DNA of 64,000 nucleotides from Candidatus Bathyarchaeota archaeon (GTDB lineage: Archaea > Thermoproteota > Bathyarchaeia > TCS64): assembly GCA_963769425.1 (NCBI GenBank), contig CAVYLP010000006.1, positions 224,001 through 288,000 on the forward strand, in the 5' to 3' direction. Positions 1 to 9,491 of the stretch are shown here, piece by piece; position 1 is the first letter of the stretch; each line of letters begins with the position of its first letter. A program made the position numbers and the translations under genes. Under the pieces are notes generated by a model, which ran no database searches, was not told where the DNA came from, and saw only the letters and a list, made by a program, of their open reading frames with translations.

Positions 1-604
1 CCCTGATGAGTGTCGGGCTCTCACCCGCCACGCTCTGGGCGAGTGTGTACTGGAGGGTGAACGTAGGGCCCGCTATCCTTGACACTAAGGCAAGGTCCTC
101 GCCGCCTAGGACCCGAGCAAGGGCGAGGTTCATTGCGTAAGGTAGGGAGAGGACTGCGGCCATGCAGCGATCGTGGCGCCCCGCATCTATTTTGACGAGG
201 TCCGCCCCCGGGAAGAGGAGCTCAGCCCTAACCAGTTCATTTGCTGGGTCGGCGACCGGGATCACGGCCACCACTCGCCCGTGTAGAGAAGTTGTCGAGG
301 GACCGAACATCGGGTGGATGCAGAGGGGGGATACGCCGAGGCGACTCGCCTCAAGGAGCGCCGCGTGGCTCTCCGTCTTGAGGCTTGCTATCTCTGCGAG
401 AACAGCTCCCCTCCTCATTCGGGGGGCAACTTCACGGATAACGGTGGGCGTCGCGCCTATCGGCACCGAGACGAAGACGAGGTCAAGTGCCTCGAGCTCC
501 TCGGGACACGCGTCTATGGGCTCCACTTTGTAGCCAATGCCTCTGAGGTGCTGGGTGAGCCAGCCGCCCATCCTGCCACCGGCACCTACGACGCCCGCCC
601 TCAA
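1..604 (-). CDS. tyrA: prephenate dehydrogenase (runs off the window edge)
   Basis: Manual translation from TTG 604: LRAGVVGAGGRMGGWL (Rossmann motif), VSVPI, EIASLK, HPMFGP. An in-frame ATG also lies at 670. Not in the ORF track. Confidence 0.85.
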   Translation of the reverse strand, partial: MRAGVVGAGGRMGGWLTQHLRGIGYKVEPIDACPEELEALDLVFVSVPIGATPTVIREVAPRMRRGAVLAEIASLKTESHAALLEASRLGVSPLCIHPMFGPSTTSLHGRVVAVIPVADPANELVRAELLFPGADLVKIDAGRHDRCMAAVLSLPYAMNLALARVLGGEDLALVSRIAGPTFTLQYTLAQSVAGESPTLIR

Positions 605-670
605 GCCTGAGCCCCCACCATACCCTTGGCGGAGCATATTTCTGCCTTGAGGACAGGCTGCGCTGCCCAT

Positions 671-1480
671 CTAGGCCCTTGGGTAGGAGCCGAGGACCTT
701 CAGGCTCTTCGCGTGGGCCTCCATCTCACGGAGGGCCTCGGCGGAGACGGGTTCATCCCTGTGCCCCTCGAAGTCCACGAAGAAGACGTACTCCCACGGG
801 CGACCCAGGTATGGGCGTGACTCTATCTTCGTGAGGTTCAGGCGGCGGTCCGCGAGGGCGCATAGGGCGGCTATTAGGGTCCCGGGCTTGTGGTCGACGG
901 TGAAGGCGATGCTCGTTTTGTCCCTTCCTGTCGCCGGCGCGGCGCTGCGCCCGATGGCGAGGAAGCGGGTGTAGTTCGCCCTGTCAGTCTCTATCCCCAG
1001 GTCGAGAACGTTCATGCCGTATATCTCGGCCGCCCGCTCGCTAGCTACGGCCGCGGCGTCGAGGAGTTCCCCGTCCCTGATCATCTTCACTGCCCCCGCG
1101 GTGTCGTAGTAGTTGACGGGCTCATAGCCGTGGGCGACGAGGTAGGCGCGTGTCTGGCCTAGGGCCTGTGGGTGGGAGTAGACCCTCTTGATGTCCCCGA
1201 GGCTCACGCCGGGGTTGGCTATGAGGCAGTGGATTACCCGGAAGACGGTCTCCCCCATTACCGTGAGGCTCCTCTCGTTAAGAAGATCATAGGTCCGCGT
1301 TATGCTCCCCTCGATGGTGTTCTCAACGGGGACGAGGCCTGCCTCGGCCTCCCCCGACTCTATGGAGTCGAAGATGTCCTCAAGGTAGGGCTTCGGGGCC
1401 GGTTCGGCCGCGTCCCCCCAGTGCTGGACGACGGCGGCCTCGCTGTAGGCCCCGGGCATCCCTTGGTAGGCTACTCTCAT
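671..1480 (-). CDS. pheA: prephenate dehydratase with C-terminal ACT domain
   Basis: VAYQGMPGAYSE, VPVENTIEG, SHPQALGQ, NYTRF and LTKIESRP motifs. Confidence 0.95.
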   Translation of the reverse strand: MRVAYQGMPGAYSEAAVVQHWGDAAEPAPKPYLEDIFDSIESGEAEAGLVPVENTIEGSITRTYDLLNERSLTVMGETVFRVIHCLIANPGVSLGDIKRVYSHPQALGQTRAYLVAHGYEPVNYYDTAGAVKMIRDGELLDAAAVASERAAEIYGMNVLDLGIETDRANYTRFLAIGRSAAPATGRDKTSIAFTVDHKPGTLIAALCALADRRLNLTKIESRPYLGRPWEYVFFVDFEGHRDEPVSAEALREMEAHAKSLKVLGSYPRA

Positions 1481-1752
1481 GGGTTCTCCTCCGCCTCGAC
1501 GCACAGGTCGATTATTGCCCGGTATATTCTCTCGACGCCGTCGGGGTCGAGGCCCAGCTCGGCTGCTTGCGCCCTTACCTGGTCGAGGACGACGCGCTCC
1601 CTAGTCGCATCCACGATGGGCTTACCGTGGCGCTTCTTCACATCCGCGATCGCTCTAGCGACGCCGACGCGCTCCGCAAGCCTGTCCAGAATCTCAACGT
1701 TGAGCCTGTTGATCTCCTTCCTGAGCCCAGCCATCTCCTCATCGTAGGTCAT
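1477..1752 (-). CDS. chorismate mutase (AroQ type)
   Basis: LRKEI...LAERV...K...IVDATRE pattern; overlaps pheA and aroC by 4 nt. Confidence 0.9.
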   Translation of the reverse strand: MTYDEEMAGLRKEINRLNVEILDRLAERVGVARAIADVKKRHGKPIVDATRERVVLDQVRAQAAELGLDPDGVERIYRAIIDLCVEAEENP

Positions 1753-2847
1753 CGTCTTTCACCTAGCACCTGTGGGATGAGTCCCCTCCTGATGGCGTGG
1801 TCTGCGAGGGTGGCGGCGACCATCGCCTCGACGACTGGGACGGCTCTTGGGACTATGCATGGGTCGTGTCTGCCGCCTATGCTGATCTTGGCCTCGCTCA
1901 ACGTCGCGAGGTCGACGGTTCTCTGCGTCTTGGCGATGCTGGGGGTTGGCTTGAAGACGGCGCGGACAACAATTGGTGCCCCGGTCGTGATGCCGCCGAG
2001 GACGCCGCCCGAGTTGTTCGTAGCGGTTCCTATCGCGCCGCCCTCGGCTGTGTAGGGGTCGTTCGCCTCCGAGCCCCGCATGGATGCTAGCCTGATCCCC
2101 GCCCCGAACTCCACCGCCTTGACGGCGGGGACCGCGAAGAGCGCCTTGGCGACGTCACCCTCGATGGTGTCGAAGATGGGCTGCCCGACCCCAGCTGGGA
2201 GGCCGAGTGCCACGCACTCAACTACGCCCCCGACGCTATCACCCACCTTTCTTCGCCTCCTCGATGACTCGCACCATCTTCTCAGATGCAGACGGGTCTA
2301 GGCAGCCGACGATGCTCGTGGCCGCTTTTTTTATCTGGGCGAGGGTCGGCTCCGAAGCCTCCACGCCCCCGATGGCGCGCGTATAGGCGTGCACCTCGAC
2401 CCCGATAGTAGATAGTAGCTGCTCGGCGACGGCGCCCGCCATGACGAAGCCCGCGGTGACGCGGCCGGACGCCCTACCACCGCCCAAGTGGTCGTTGAAG
2501 CCACCGTAACGGGCCCAAGCGGTGTAATCGGCGTGCCCGGGCCTGGGCTTGCCTTTAATCTGATCGTAACTCGACGAGTCGTGGTCCCGGTTCCACGTGA
2601 GCATCAGGATCGGCGCGCCGGTCGTGTGCCCCTCGTGGACCCCGGATAGAATCTCGACCTCGTCGGTCTCGCTTCTAGCTGTCGTGACTGCGCTGGTGCC
2701 GGGGCGTCTCCTCTCCATCATACGGTGGAGCGCTTCCCCGTCTAAGGCGAGCCCCGCGGGGCACCCGTCGATCAAGACGCCGATACACTTGCCGTGGCTC
2801 TCGCCGAAACTAGTTACTCTGAACTCTGTTCCTATGCTGTTGCTCAT
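1749..2847 (-). CDS. aroC: chorismate synthase, split by one extra base near 2248-2250
   Basis: N-half has FGESHG, RPGHAD and GGGRASGR; C-half has GDSVGG, TNNSGGVLGG and GRHDPC. Total span is 3n+1. Confidence 0.9.
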
Positions 2848-4103
2848 ATCTTCTCCAACCTCCCACCGATCGCCGCGAGGTCGTCCCAGAAGCCCGGATA
2901 GGACTTCGAGACGCAGCCGGCGTCGTTGATCTTCGTCTCCCCCTCGGCTGTGAGGGCGAGTACTGCTAGTGACATGGCTATCCTGTGGTCCCCCCAGGAG
3001 TCGACATCGGCGCCCCTCGGTGTACCGCCCGTGATCTTCGCCGAATCAGGGTCACACCTCACCTTGATGCCCATGCGGGTAAGTCCCTCCACCATTGCTG
3101 CGACCCTGTCAGACTCCTTCAGCCTCAGCCTCCCGAGGCCGGTGAGGGTGCTCTCCCCCTCCGCCGCGGCGCAGAGGGCTGAGACAACGGGGAAGAGGTC
3201 GGGGCAGTCACTCATGTCGGCGCTGATCCCCCTCAGCGGGGACTTAGAGACTTTAACAGCTCCTCCAGCCGAAACATCGGCGCCCATCCGAGACAATACG
3301 CCAACGATCGCCCTATCCGCCTGTGAACTTGTTCGGTTTAGTCCCTGGAGCGTCGCGCCCCCGGTGAGGGCGCCGGCTGCGAGGACGTAGGCCGCGGAGG
3401 ACCAGTCACCCTCCACCTCCACCGCCGAGGCCCTGTAGGGTCCCAGCGGGGCCGTGAGCCGCCTCATATCAGGCGAGGCTCGCGCCTCGACGCCAAAGGC
3501 CCTCATCGCGTCCATTGTCATGGCGACGTACGGCCTCGATTCGAGTTGGGTCGTGAGGTTGATCTCGATTGGTGCGTCGGCGAGTGGGGCGACGGCGAGG
3601 AGGGCGGAGACGAACTGACTGCTGATGTCTCCGGGGAGCCTCGCCTCGCCACCCCTGATTCTCCCGTTGCCCATTATGGTGACGGGGGGGAGGCCGCCTC
3701 GGCTCGTGCAATTCACGCCGATCTGAGTTAGGGCGTCGAGGAGTGGCCCCACGGGACGCGCCGAGAGCGACTTCCCGCCTATGAGTCTGCACTCGCCGTC
3801 GACGAGGGCGCAGACGGCCGCCATGAACCTGAGGGTCGTGCCCGACTCTCCGCAGTGGAGATCATCTTTCGGTGCCTTGAGGCCTCCGCCCTCCACCGTC
3901 CACTTCTCGCCGCGGACGAGGTCGACGCCCAGCTTTCCGAGTACCGAGGCGGTCGCCTCCGTGTCGTCGGCGGTCAGCGGGTTCGCTATGGTGCTCTTCC
4001 CGTCGGCGAGGGCGGAGAGGACAAGGGCGCGGTGGGTCATGCTCTTCGAAGGTGGAGCTGTGAGCGTACCCTCGACCTCCGAGCGCCTTACGGTGACATT
4101 CAT
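2844..4103 (-). CDS. aroA: EPSP synthase
   Basis: PPSKSMTHR, CGESGTTLRF, SSQFVSA, KESDR, DHRIAM, VSKSYP. Confidence 0.97.
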   Translation of the reverse strand: MNVTVRRSEVEGTLTAPPSKSMTHRALVLSALADGKSTIANPLTADDTEATASVLGKLGVDLVRGEKWTVEGGGLKAPKDDLHCGESGTTLRFMAAVCALVDGECRLIGGKSLSARPVGPLLDALTQIGVNCTSRGGLPPVTIMGNGRIRGGEARLPGDISSQFVSALLAVAPLADAPIEINLTTQLESRPYVAMTMDAMRAFGVEARASPDMRRLTAPLGPYRASAVEVEGDWSSAAYVLAAGALTGGATLQGLNRTSSQADRAIVGVLSRMGADVSAGGAVKVSKSPLRGISADMSDCPDLFPVVSALCAAAEGESTLTGLGRLRLKESDRVAAMVEGLTRMGIKVRCDPDSAKITGGTPRGADVDSWGDHRIAMSLAVLALTAEGETKINDAGCVSKSYPGFWDDLAAIGGRLEKI

Positions 4104-4609
4104 TGCACGGCCTCCAACCGCCCCTTGATCGCCTCGGCGACCCGGATCGGTGGAACGCCATTCGTGTCCACAACCATGTCCGCGGCCGCCAGGTACCGCT
4201 CGCGCCTCTCGTCGAGGAGCCTTCTGATCCGACCGAGCCTGTCCTCCCCCTCGAGCAGGGGGCGGGTCGTGTCCAGCCTCGTGCGGAGGCTTATCTCCTC
4301 GGGGCTCGCCGTGAGGAGGACCATCCTGCTTGAGCAGCGGAGGCGCTCAATGTTGAGGGGGTCGAGGACAGCTCCGCCGCCGAGGGCGATAACCTGCTCG
4401 TCCTCCGCGCTGAGGCGCTGTACCACCCCGCGCTCCAGCGCGCGGAACGCCGGCTCGCCGAGGCTTGCGAAGACCTCGCCGATCCTCATCCCCGCCTCCT
4501 TCTCCGCCTCGGCGTCGGAGTCGACGAAGGTGTACTCCAGGCGAGTGGCGAGTAGCCTGCCTACGGTGGTCTTGCCCACGCCCATGAACCCGAACAGGGC
4601 CACGTTCAA
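4100..4609 (-). CDS. aroK: shikimate kinase, bacterial NMP-kinase type
   Basis: GFMGVGKTTVG P-loop, GEPAFR, ALGGG, RPLL. Likely TTG start at 4609 overlapping the aroE stop. Confidence 0.92.
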   Translation of the reverse strand: MNVALFGFMGVGKTTVGRLLATRLEYTFVDSDAEAEKEAGMRIGEVFASLGEPAFRALERGVVQRLSAEDEQVIALGGGAVLDPLNIERLRCSSRMVLLTASPEEISLRTRLDTTRPLLEGEDRLGRIRRLLDERRERYLAAADMVVDTNGVPPIRVAEAIKGRLEAVQ

Positions 4610-5445
4610 TGCGTGCCACCCCCGAGGGCTCGCCTCGCGGCGCCCATCATCACATCCTCCGGCGCCAGCCTTCCCGTCCACAGTCTCAGAGCCTCCGCCC
4701 CCTGGTAGACGAGCATCGTCAGTCCCCCCAGCGTCTCCGCACCAGCGGCCTCGGCGTCAAGGAGGAGTCGGGTCCGTTCGGGGCTGTAGATGAGGTCGAA
4801 GACGAGGAGACCGGGGTGGAGGATGCCTGCGTCGACGGGGCTGTGGCCTGCGTTTGGTGACATGCCCACTGGGGTCGCGTTGACAAGGATGTCTGCCGCG
4901 CCGACGCTGCTCCGAGCCTCCCCGAGACCCGCCCCGAGCACATCGACTTCGTGCTGCTTATCTATCTCACCCGCGAGAGTCTCCGCCTTCGCGGCGTCGC
5001 GGGCGAGTATCCTGATCCACCTCGCCTTCGGAGCCAGTCCGGATGCGACGGCGCGGGCCGCCCCGCCAGCCCCGAGGATCACGACCCGGCAGCCGTCGAG
5101 GTTGCCGTAGGCTTCGCCAATCGCCCTAACGGCGGCGGGGGAGTCGGTATTGTAGCCCTTCAGGCGCCCATCCTCGTTCACGACGGTGTTTACTGCGCCA
5201 ACCGCCCTGGCGGTGGCGTCGACCTCGTCTAGTAGGGGGAGGATAGCGACCTTGTGGGGGATGGTGACGTTGAAACCAGCGACGGAGGGCTCCCTGAGCC
5301 CAGCGACGGCCCTGCCCAGACCCTCGGGGGGCACAGGCATCGCCTCGTATCTATAGTCTAAGCCGAGGGCCTCGATTGCCGCCTCTTGCATCTGCGGGCT
5401 AATGGAGTGGGCCACGGGGTAGCCGATGAGGTAGAGGTGCCTCAA
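4606..5445 (-). CDS. aroE: shikimate dehydrogenase
   Basis: IGYPVAHSISP, NVTIPHK, GAVNT, NTD, GAGGAAR, NATPVGM, MLVYQG. TTG start at 5445. Confidence 0.95.
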   Translation of the reverse strand: MRHLYLIGYPVAHSISPQMQEAAIEALGLDYRYEAMPVPPEGLGRAVAGLREPSVAGFNVTIPHKVAILPLLDEVDATARAVGAVNTVVNEDGRLKGYNTDSPAAVRAIGEAYGNLDGCRVVILGAGGAARAVASGLAPKARWIRILARDAAKAETLAGEIDKQHEVDVLGAGLGEARSSVGAADILVNATPVGMSPNAGHSPVDAGILHPGLLVFDLIYSPERTRLLLDAEAAGAETLGGLTMLVYQGAEALRLWTGRLAPEDVMMGAARRALGGGTH

Positions 5446-6120
5446 CTGAAGACCCCCATGAGGCGGTACGCCTCCTTCAATGCTTCGATGGTTAGCTGAC
5501 CAGGCGCGACCCGCCCGGTGTCGCTCGCTGAGGCGTAGGTCCAGCACCCGCCCATCAGCGGCGAGAGGACACGCGACGGCACGCCGAGGAGACCCATGTT
5601 GAAGCACACGTTCCCGGGCTCCCTCCCGAGGTACTCGAGGCAGGGCAGGTTATCGGCGGGGCACGCCGCTGAGCCGACGACCTTGACGACGTCAGCGCCC
5701 ACGCCCCTGGCCTCACCGTGCGTCGCCATGATCTCGCTGAGACCCGGCGCATGGTCGAGGTAGTGGCGTGAAATGATCAGTTTGGCTCCAGACAGCGTGG
5801 ACCTCGGCAGGCAAGTTCGCTGATGGAGGGTGAATCGATCTCCGCGTCGACGTAGTCGAAGCCCTCTTGCGCAGCTGAGGCGGAGAAGGGCCCATCTCTC
5901 GTCCTCACTCTTGACCCATCTCCCGCCGTGGCTGGGAAGGCGCGCCGTCGCGATCAGAGTGAACATCGGTTGATTTTCGGAGGACTTTCAGGTTCAGTGC
6001 CTCGGCGGCGTAGTCGAGCCTCAGCTCAACGAGGTCGGGCTCCTTCAGGCGGTGGATCGTCTCCAGGACGTCCGCCGTGGTTGTGGCGGGGACGGCGACG
6101 CATATCCTCGGGCCCACCAT
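5442..6120 (-). CDS. aroD: type I 3-dehydroquinate dehydratase, interrupted by about 4 single-base insertions
   Basis: Fragments DLVELRLD, LIATAR..HGG, FDYVDAE, LIISRH, ADVVKVV, FNMG...SRVL..LMGG..TYA, APGQ lie in different frames. Confidence 0.8.
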
Positions 6121-6121
6121 C

Positions 6122-7207
6122 CTATCCCCCCAGGGCTCCCCGGAGATCGGCCTCCGAGACCCCCCTGACGACTGGCTCCGAGCCTATCCCGGTGGGTAGG
6201 ACGAGGCGGATCGAGCCGGCCTCGGCCTTCTTGTCCCGCCTCATGAGTGGGATGACCTCGTCGAGCCCGTAGGGGACCTCGACGGGGAGCCCCAATCGCT
6301 GAAGCAGACTGATCTGTCTTGCGAGGTCGGTCTGTTTGAGCAGGTCGAGGCTGTTGGCGACGCGGGAGGCAGCCACCATCCCGATTGCGACCGCCTCGCC
6401 GTGGCGGATCGTGTGGCCCGAGAGCGTCTCGACGGCGTGGCCGACGGTGTGGCCGTAGTTGAGAGCGGCCCGTATCCCGCCGTCGTCCCTCTCGTCCGCC
6501 TCCACGTAGCGAGCCTTCGAGGCGACACAGCGGCCCACCATCCAGCGGAGCCTCTCGGCGTCCCCGGATAGGATGCCCTCCGCTTCGACCTCCAGCCCCT
6601 TGTAGAGGATGGCGTCGGAGATGACACCGTACTTCGTCACCTCGGCGAAGCCGCTGCGCAGCTCCCGTGGGGGGAGCGTCGCGAGCAGGGCGGGGTCGCA
6701 GGCGACGAGGCTCGGCTGGTGGAAGCTCCCGATCAGGTTCTTCCCCGACGGGTGGTTCACCGCGGTCTTGCCGCCGATGCCGCTGTCCACCTGCCCGAGC
6801 AGGGTCGTTGGGACCTGGACCACGCGTACCCCACGCATGTAGACGGAGGCGGCGAATCCTGCGGAGTCGCCGACTGAGCCCCCGCCGAGGGCGACGACGA
6901 CGCCTCTCCGGTCCAACCCGTGCTCGATGAGTCCGCCGAGCAGCTTCTCGGCTGCGCCCCATGTCTTCGCCTCCTCCCCCTCGGGCACGATTACTTTCCC
7001 CGGGTTCAGCCCATCAAGTGAAGTCATAACCTGCCTCCCGTATAGAGCGTCCACGGAGGGCGATGTGACCACGACACACCCAGTTACGCCTGGAATGTAC
7101 TCGGAGATCGCCTCACCGAGCCGCCCAAGGAGCCCACCCCCGACGAGAATCGGGTAGCTCCTCGCCCCGAGGTGGACCGAGGCGACCCTCAAGGAATCGA
7201 GGCTCAT
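6122..7207 (-). CDS. aroB: 3-dehydroquinate synthase
   Basis: GEEAKT, GGGSVGD, VPTTLLGQVDSGIGGKT, KNLIG.F, NYGHT.GHA.E, HGEAVAIG, DKK. Confidence 0.97.
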   Translation of the reverse strand: MSLDSLRVASVHLGARSYPILVGGGLLGRLGEAISEYIPGVTGCVVVTSPSVDALYGRQVMTSLDGLNPGKVIVPEGEEAKTWGAAEKLLGGLIEHGLDRRGVVVALGGGSVGDSAGFAASVYMRGVRVVQVPTTLLGQVDSGIGGKTAVNHPSGKNLIGSFHQPSLVACDPALLATLPPRELRSGFAEVTKYGVISDAILYKGLEVEAEGILSGDAERLRWMVGRCVASKARYVEADERDDGGIRAALNYGHTVGHAVETLSGHTIRHGEAVAIGMVAASRVANSLDLLKQTDLARQISLLQRLGLPVEVPYGLDEVIPLMRRDKKAEAGSIRLVLPTGIGSEPVVRGVSEADLRGALGG

Positions 7208-7211
7208 GGCG

Positions 7212-8045
7212 CTACAGCCTTTTCCCCACTGCCGCCGCGATTGGGGTTATCTCACGCATGAGCGCCTCGAACTCGGGCGGGTGGAGGCTCTGGTCTCCGT
7301 CGCTGAGCGCCTTCTCGGGGTGTGGGTGGACCTCGATTATGAGGCCGTCCGCGCCGGCGGCGACTCCGGCCTTCGCCATCGGGGCGACGAGGCTCCTGAT
7401 CCCCGTCCCATGGCTCGGGTCGACGACCACCGGCAGGTCGCTGAGCTGCTTGATCACCGGCACCGCTGAGACGTCAAGGGTGTTCCTCGTTATGGTCTCG
7501 TATGTGCGTATGCCGCGCTCGCAGAGTATGACGTTGGGGTTGCCCTCGTTGAGTATGTACTCGGCGCAGCCGAGCCACTCCTCGATGGTGGCGGACATGC
7601 CCCTCTTGAGCATCACCGGCTTCGCGGCGCGCCCCACCCGCTTGAGGAGGGTGAAGTTCTGCATGTTCCTGGCCCCGATCTGGAGGATGTCCGCATAGCT
7701 CTCCACGAGCTCCACGTCCTCGGGCGCCATCACCTCGGTGACTATCGGGAGACCCGTCTCGCCCCTGGCCTCGGCTAGTATCTTGAGCCCCTCCTCGCCG
7801 AGTCCCTGGAAGCTGTAGGGGAGGGTCCGCGGCTTGAAGGCGCCGCCCCTGAGGATGTGCCCCCCCGCGGCCTTGACTATGCGCGCAGTCTCGAGGACCT
7901 GTTCGCGGCTCTCTACGCTGCAGGGCCCCGCCATGACGGCGAGTTGGTCGCTACCGATGGTCACGTCCCCGACCCTGATCTTGACGCCGCCGTGCCCGTT
8001 CTTCACGGCGAGCTTGATCTTCTGAGATACCACTAGCTTCGACAT
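7212..8045 (-). CDS. aroF: DAHP synthase, class I-beta, with no N-terminal regulatory domain
   Basis: [48 protein letters not shown] 8045 preceded by GGAGG. Confidence 0.95.
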   Translation of the reverse strand: MSKLVVSQKIKLAVKNGHGGVKIRVGDVTIGSDQLAVMAGPCSVESREQVLETARIVKAAGGHILRGGAFKPRTLPYSFQGLGEEGLKILAEARGETGLPIVTEVMAPEDVELVESYADILQIGARNMQNFTLLKRVGRAAKPVMLKRGMSATIEEWLGCAEYILNEGNPNVILCERGIRTYETITRNTLDVSAVPVIKQLSDLPVVVDPSHGTGIRSLVAPMAKAGVAAGADGLIIEVHPHPEKALSDGDQSLHPPEFEALMREITPIAAAVGKRL

Positions 8046-8068
8046 GCCTGTGCCTCCGAGTCTCCCCT

Positions 8069-8137
8069 TCAGCACAGGCTGAGGGAGTAAAACCCGTGGA
8101 AGCCGAACGCGTGTGCGTCGCTCAGGGTTTCATTCAT
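8069..8137 (-). CDS. putative Phe/Tyr-rich leader peptide [22 protein letters not shown]
   Basis: 22-codon ORF with 3 Phe and 1 Tyr within 7 codons, stopping 23 nt before the aroF ATG. No clear SD. Confidence 0.45.
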   Translation of the reverse strand: MNETLSDAHAFGFHGFYSLSLC

Positions 8138-8190
8138 CCGGGCGTCGACCCGGCTGTTGGATAGAACTAGGTTTGGAGCTTGGCTCCTGC

Positions 8191-8214
8191 TTAGACGAGG
8201 ATAAATTGGCGCAT
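8191..8214 (-). CDS. putative 7-codon uORF MRQFILV
   Basis: ATG 8214 lies 6 nt after a strong SD, GAGGTG (8226-8221). Confidence 0.35.
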   Translation of the reverse strand: MRQFILV

Positions 8215-8258
8215 TGATCGCACCTCTAGACTTACCAGCGAATTGAGTCTGATCACGG

Positions 8259-8265
8259 TATTTAA
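8259..8265 (-). promoter_or_regulatory. putative TATA box for the aro operon
   Basis: TTAAATA on the minus strand in the divergent intergenic region. Confidence 0.5.
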
Positions 8266-8339
8266 CCGATTCGGGCAGGTGCGGCTGGCGAGGAAGCGGC
8301 GGGTGACTCTTTATAGCCGGTTGAAGGGTAGTCCACATC

Positions 8340-9038
8340 ATGGGCGAAGAGAAGTCCCCACTCGACCGCCTCCTGGCGCGCCAGGACTTCAAGCCTTTCT
8401 CGGGTCCGCACGCCTTCCGCGTCCTCGGGCTTTCGAGGAAGAGGCTCAAGATGCCTCCGATCAGGGAGGAGGACGTCCTCAAGGCGGTGAGCAGCCTCGG
8501 CGTTGTCCTGGAGACGGAGGTCGCGATGATCGTGGCGCTCCAGCAGGTCCTATGCATGCGCTGCGGGAACTGCTGCAGGGGGAGAGGCTCGATAAGGCTC
8601 AGGAAGGATGAGCTTCAGGGCGTCGCCGACTACCTGCACGTCGAGTATAAGCGGTTAAAGGATCGGATGAGGGCGGCGCCGATGGGGGACGGAACCTTCA
8701 TCGTCTCCCAGCCCTGCCCGCTGCTAAGGGGCAACCTCTGCGCTGCGTACCCGGCACGCCCGGGGACGTGCCGAGGCTATCCAGCCGGCGACTTACTAGC
8801 AAATATAGGGCGTGGGAAGCAGTTCGAGGACTGTCCAATAGCGGACGAGTTGCTCGCCGAGGTCGTCGTGAAGCGGGTCCTAGAGGAGCAGATGTGGAGG
8901 GAGCACCCCGAGGAGCTGAAGGCACTCGCGGAGCAGAAGAGGGGCGAACTAGCGAAGCTCAGCGAGCTGCCGCAGAGCGAGAGGATGAAGCGCCTCGTAG
9001 AGGGCTACTCCCGTAGCATAGCCCGTGGGCAGGGTTAG
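8340..9038 (+). CDS. YkgJ-family cysteine-cluster (CxxCxxCC) protein
   Basis: CMRCGNCC, CPLL...C..Y..RP..CR.YP. TTTATA about 25 nt upstream suggests a leaderless transcript. Confidence 0.85.
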   Translation: MGEEKSPLDRLLARQDFKPFSGPHAFRVLGLSRKRLKMPPIREEDVLKAVSSLGVVLETEVAMIVALQQVLCMRCGNCCRGRGSIRLRKDELQGVADYLHVEYKRLKDRMRAAPMGDGTFIVSQPCPLLRGNLCAAYPARPGTCRGYPAGDLLANIGRGKQFEDCPIADELLAEVVVKRVLEEQMWREHPEELKALAEQKRGELAKLSELPQSERMKRLVEGYSRSIARGQG

Positions 9039-9043
9039 TAGGC

Positions 9044-9418
9044 TCACTTCTTCTTCGCCTTCGCTGGCAGCGATGCTACAAAAGAGTAGGATTTATCGAT
9101 CCACTGCGCCAGAAGCGTGTCGTCGCTTAAAACCGCGTGCGGTAGGAGGAGATACTCCTTCATCACACCCCCCTTCATCGGCTCGAAGGGCTTCGCCCCT
9201 AGCCTCCTCATCTCAGCCTGGTCCGTGGGGGTGAGCCGAAGAAAGATGTCGTCCCCGAAGACGCCTGCGAACATGTTCCCGCCCACAAACCACGTAGGGG
9301 CTCCAAAGAGGACCCTTCGCTCGCCCTTACCAGTGAGGGCGTGCTCAAGCAGCGTAGTCTTCTCCGCTGAGGGCTTCGGCCACGGCATAGCAATCAATGT
9401 ACCTTGGTTCGGCGCCAT
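9044..9418 (-). CDS. TfoX/Sxy N-terminal-domain protein
   Basis: RRVLFGAP.WFVGGNMFA, PFEP...MKEY...W...S..FV.SLP.K. Alternative start at 9388. Confidence 0.8.
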   Translation of the reverse strand: MAPNQGTLIAMPWPKPSAEKTTLLEHALTGKGERRVLFGAPTWFVGGNMFAGVFGDDIFLRLTPTDQAEMRRLGAKPFEPMKGGVMKEYLLLPHAVLSDDTLLAQWIDKSYSFVASLPAKAKKK

Positions 9419-9491
9419 TTTAAGCAGGTGACCCCACCGGTAAAGCTCATTAACCCTAGCGGCTCATCGGTCTATCAACCGGTGATTTTGC

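Larger units (their letters stand above)
8046..8240 (-). promoter_or_regulatory. long structured 5' leader of the aro operon, candidate attenuator
   Basis: Several inverted repeats (8046-8053/8072-8079; 8062-8073/8078-8087; 8089-8133; 8138-8153) and two uORFs between a TATA box and aroF. Confidence 0.55.
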
